Assembly: GCF_018977255.1 (NCBI RefSeq)
Contig: NW_024704743.1
Location: 116,004,001-116,068,000, forward strand
Source: Callorhinchus milii
Lineage: Eukaryota
Length of the DNA: 64,000 nt
Direction: 5' to 3'
Position 1 is the stretch's first letter. Every line of letters starts with the position of its first letter. Under the pieces are notes generated by a model that worked only from the letters and a program-made list of their open reading frames with translations, was not told the DNA's origin and searched no databases. Positions 61,146 to 64,000 of the stretch are shown piece after piece. A program made the position numbers and the translations under genes.

Positions 61146-62629
61146 GGATAGTCAGTAATTCCAGTCGGGGAGTTAGCAAATGGACCAAATCCATAAACTC
61201 TCATAAGAGATCACAAGAAAGGTTTGGATGAGGAAGGCTGTTGGTCCCATCTGATCTCTTCGTAACAGAATTCCCATTCTATCTTCCTCCCATCACCCTA
61301 TTTTTAAAATAAATCCATTATCCTGGACTTGACCCTCCCTCACCATTCTTCCTGGTAATCAGTTCCAGGTAACGTAAATAACCTCTTGGTCAAAAAAACA
61401 CTTCCTGGCCTAATATTGTAACCCAAAATAAACCTGCGTCCTATTTTTCTGTTGTCTCATTCCATCTAAAAGTACTGTATTGTTCTGGCTGTGTTTTCTT
61501 CCATGTTTTTATTCGAACCACGGCTGGAGCTCAGAAAGTTGGCTTACTTTATATTTTAAAATAAATTGAAATAAGATGGACTGATCTGTGCAGTCTGTTG
61601 AGATTTCACAGGCGTCCAGAGCCTGCGTTTCCTGGCTGACTTGTGTCTCTGTTGCAGGTAATTTTGATAAGTTTACATTGACCTTAGGCACAAAGCATGC
61701 TCTGGCACTGAAAATACACAGAGATCTTTTGATGAATTTCTTTATACAGACTTGTCTCCTCTATCCACAAAGGCATCATTGATGCTCATATGTGCTCAGT
61801 CGAGATCAACCCATTCCTCACTTGGTGTCCATGTACATGTGACCTCCAGCTGGGGTAAAGGGCTCTGAACATCAATCCTGGGGTCCCGGAGTTTCGCATG
61901 TTCTTAGCCTTAAGACCATTTTTTTGAAACATAGGATGATTCAGAACTTTGGGAAATTATTGAATTCAGTCTCAATTTCAAAGCCAAGTTTGATTATAGT
62001 GTTTTAAAAAGATCTGAGGAAAACTGGCTTCCAAATAAGGCTTTTAAAATTCCAAAGAATTTTCCAAAATATCTCACACCTACAAAATACACAGTCACTA
62101 AGCTTTACTGGAAATCCAGTGAAGTATTTTGTAGTGAAAGACACTGTGTCAAATGCAGAGAAAGTAAGTGGAGTTTTTTCAGGACTGAGCAACATCTTAA
62201 AGCATTTCATAGGATATGCTGTGTAGTGAATTGACTGTAAAATTTTATGGGAATTGAGTTGATCTTCTGTGATGGTCTCATTTGTGAGCCAGACGGGTCC
62301 ACAGTACTCCAAAGGCACTTTGGATGACAGAATTGGCGGTTTAGCTCATCTGCAGGACGTGGAGGAACAGACTAGTCACTGAGAGCAAGGATTCTTCCCA
62401 CTCGATTCTGTTAATCATGGAAGCCAAAGCCCTAGGGTGGTCCTGGCTGGACAACCAGCAGGAAGCTTTCCTGGGTTTGCAACAGTAAATTAAAAGAATT
62501 TACAGAAAACTGACTTCAAAATTAAGACTGTATTGAGGAATTTGACACATTCTTGATACTCTAAAATGCTACATAAATAGTGTATATCCAGACCCAGGTG
62601 AAATTTCTCCATACTGTTTTTTTAATACA

Positions 62630-62850
62630 CTGAGGTACCAGGATTATGGTAAATAGTTGTTCAAGCCGAGTCTATAATGTATTTAAAAGGCAATTGGATA
62701 ATTCATTGAAAAATAACACTGGTGGAATTTGGAAAGTAGCAGATGAATGTGATTAGAGTCGATAGCTTCAGTGGAGTGTGCTGACACCAGCACAGACACG
62801 ATGTGCTGAATGGCCTCTTTCTTTGCTGTAAGCTCTCTGTGATGCTGTGA
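62630..62850 (+). mobile_element. Old CR1 3' fragment
   Basis: ccagcacagacacgatgtgctgaatggcctcttt...gctgtaa CR1-type 3' UTR. Confidence 0.7.
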
Positions 62851-63304
62851 ATACTGCAGACACTGGAATGATGCCTGACTGTGAAGTTTACATGGGCCTC
62901 TGGTAGTAAAAGTTTATTATTCTTCGAGTTGGAGTCCCTCCAAGTTAAACATCCAACCGCTGCCAAAGTCTCAATGTGGAACAAAGTGCTGGACTGAATA
63001 GTGCTAAGCCTCACAGTGACACATCACAGAGATAAAGTTAATTAGAAATCCACTGATTACATTTAACTGTAAACATCATTAATACAGGTGGAAATCTCCA
63101 ACACAGATTATTGTGCATGGGGAAGTAAATGTCTGTCAAGTGTCTGAAATCATCGAAATGCTGAACTTTATTTGAAGAACCAGCATGAATAATTGGGTCA
63201 TCCTTTTGATTCAGAGGTAAGACTGCCAGTGATTTTGCTTTAGGATCAGAAGGAAGTGGGTTCTAGCCCACACTTAATACCTTGAGCTCACAGCCCAGGC
63301 TGTC

Positions 63305-64000
63305 TCCCAGCTCCACTTTCTTGCCCCACATATCACTGACATCATCAACCTGTCCCTCTCCTCTGGCTCTGTCCCCATTCCATTAAAAACTGCCATCATC
63401 ACGCCCACCCTGAAAAAACCCTCCCTTGATGCGTCGCAGCTATCAAGCTACCGGCCCATCTCCAACCTCCCCTTTCTCTCCAAGGTCTTGGAAAGAGTTG
63501 TCGCCTCCCAACTGCGCTCTTTCCTTTCCACCCATTCTCTTTTCGAACCCCTTCAGTCAGGTTTCCATGCTGCCCATAGCACAGAAACTGCCCTGGTCAA
63601 GGTCACCAATGATATCCTGACCATTTGTGACCAGGGCTCCCTCTGTCTCCTCGTCCTCCTCGACCTATCGGCAGCATTCGATACGGTCGACCACGCTATC
63701 CTACTCCACCGCTTGTCCTCCCACCTCAACCTTCAAGGCACTGTCCTTGAATGGTTTAGGTCGTACCTTTCTCACCGTCTTCACTTTGTCTCGACGAATG
63801 GCTTCTCCTCCACCCCCCGCACTGTCTCATGTGGTGTCCCTCAGGGCTCTGTCCTCGGTCCCCTCCTCTTCACCCTCTATATGCTCCCCCTTGGTGACAT
63901 CATCCGCAGACATGGAGTTAACTTCCACATGTATGCGGATGACACCCAACTCTACCTTTCCTCCTCTACTCTCAACTCCACGACCACCGATGTCCTGACA
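63305..64000 (+). mobile_element. L2 LINE ORF2 reverse transcriptase, 5'-truncated, frame open to window end
   Basis: 63308-64000 reads 231 codons without a stop: [83 protein letters not shown]; absent from the ORF track because no stop falls in the window. Confidence 0.97.

Larger units (their letters stand above)
47967..64000 (+). other. Probable intron 2 (5' part) of the PTPRM-like gene
   Basis: GT donor at 47967; the next expected MAM exon (SFMLVN...HCIDFHY-type) is not seen in the remaining 16 kb. Confidence 0.65.

Noticed and set aside
63426..63998. ORF-track proteins 63426-63620 and 63627-63998
   Set aside because: Wrong frame; the real L2 RT frame runs from 63308
1..64000. CRISPR array, operon or other prokaryotic system
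   Set aside because: Repeats are dispersed retroposons rather than regularly spaced arrays; coding density is very low and the one host gene is spliced

Overview
This is eukaryotic (vertebrate) DNA, most likely from a cartilaginous fish and plausibly a chimaera/elephant shark. That call rests on tRNA-derived Deu-domain SINEs plus CR1 and L2 LINEs. I can support only one host coding exon: 126 nt at 47841-47966 (+), encoding the start of a MAM domain of a type IIB receptor tyrosine phosphatase (PTPRM-like exon 2), which the ORF track misses. The rest looks like the two long flanking introns. They contain two related SINE families (A: tRNA-Ala head, CORE-like segment, partial Deu domain and L2 tail; B: older, SacSINE1-like DeuSINE), decayed CR1 and L2 copies that are often nested, one apparently open L2 RT frame at the right edge, a probable solo LTR, hAT-like MITEs, and several unclassified dispersed repeats including a palindromic foldback family. 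Repeat-free islands rich in homeodomain/Fox motifs are candidate conserved enhancers. I found no prokaryote-type system (CRISPR, operon), and nearly all listed ORFs are spurious or TE-derived. I cannot support a wholly new biological system. The most interesting signals are the chimeric SINE architecture, its partnership with L2, a repeated L2 insertion site inside the Deu domain, and the unclassified repeats. TE coordinates were read by eye and are approximate; family names come from memory, not database searches.
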